A DNA stretch of 64,000 nucleotides from contig JAYWIR010000005.1 of NCBI GenBank assembly GCA_036172245.1, forward strand, positions 3,224,001 through 3,288,000, in the 5' to 3' direction. The translations under genes were made by a program, and so were the position numbers. This DNA comes from Raillietiella orientalis (lineage: Eukaryota). The notes beneath the pieces were generated by a model. That model did no database searches. It saw only the letters and a list, made by a program, of their open reading frames with translations, and was not told where the DNA came from. Of the stretch, positions 63,601 through 64,000 are shown piece by piece; within the stretch, counting starts at the first letter, position 1, and each line of letters opens with the position of its first letter.

Positions 63601-64000
63601 GACGGCGCAGATGAGGAACAGCGGGGGACGCCAGGCGGCTGCCGGCGCATCCAGAGGAGCGCTCGGTGTCCGCGGACCGCCCGGGAGCGGCAGCGGCCGA
63701 GGGAAGGAAAGGGTGCGTCCGCACGTGACTGCCATCTGCACGAGAGGGCTCATCGCCGGGCCGGTTCCAGAGAAAAGAGTCGGTGGGAGGCAAGATCGGC
63801 CTCGGCGGGGCTCTCGGGAGAACTCGCGGTCAGCATCCCTAGGGTCTCCTGTCGCTTTCGGCCGCGATCCCGACGGCCACCTCCTCCAGCAGAGGGGAGA
63901 TCGCACGGAAGGAAAACAAAAACAAAAAAGCTGCGGACCGCCTTCATGCGGCCTTTTAAGCTCCACGCATCGATCCAACCGTTTCCTAGGTTGACAAGAA
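60660..64000. promoter_or_regulatory. GC/CpG-rich island upstream of the recognised netrin exons
   Basis: Abrupt shift to very GC- and CpG-rich sequence (line 61021 is 49/60 G+C, versus 12/60 for line 33901), with GA/CT tracts and a plus-strand TATAAAAG at 62155-62162. Confidence 0.6.

Noticed and set aside
60545..63994. Long ORFs in the ORF track (515, 306, 315, 269, 247 aa)
   Set aside because: They overlap on both strands and in several frames, are Arg/Pro/Gly/Ala-rich and have no recognisable domain. This is expected from stop-codon scarcity in very GC-rich DNA.

Overview
Eukaryotic (invertebrate, probably ecdysozoan) genomic DNA with many very short introns (40-65 nt), so the ORF track is mostly uninformative and genes had to be assembled by hand from GT-AG splice sites. 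Four spliced protein-coding genes are supported. They are a sestrin (+, 13.8-15.4 kb), a Rac-derived Rho-family gene (+, 19.2-27.7 kb), a KCTD5/insomniac-type BTB protein (+, 31.9-35.4 kb) and the 3' half of a netrin/UNC-6 gene (-, 54.6-58.4 kb; its 5' exons were not found in the window). The most striking observation is the Rac-like gene. It has an intact 202-aa reading frame and Rac-type exon sizes, yet G1-G4 (P-loop Lys/Thr, switch-I Thr, DxxG, TKxD) are all substituted and the CAAX box is gone, making it a candidate membrane-targeted pseudo-GTPase. Intergenic DNA holds several decayed L1/Tx1-like LINE relics. A TSD-flanked element with a tRNA-like head sits in the Rac-like gene's first intron. 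Other signals are a dense GATA-site cluster, sharp CpG depletion over the housekeeping gene bodies (a gene-body methylation signature) and a GC/CpG-rich island at the right end.
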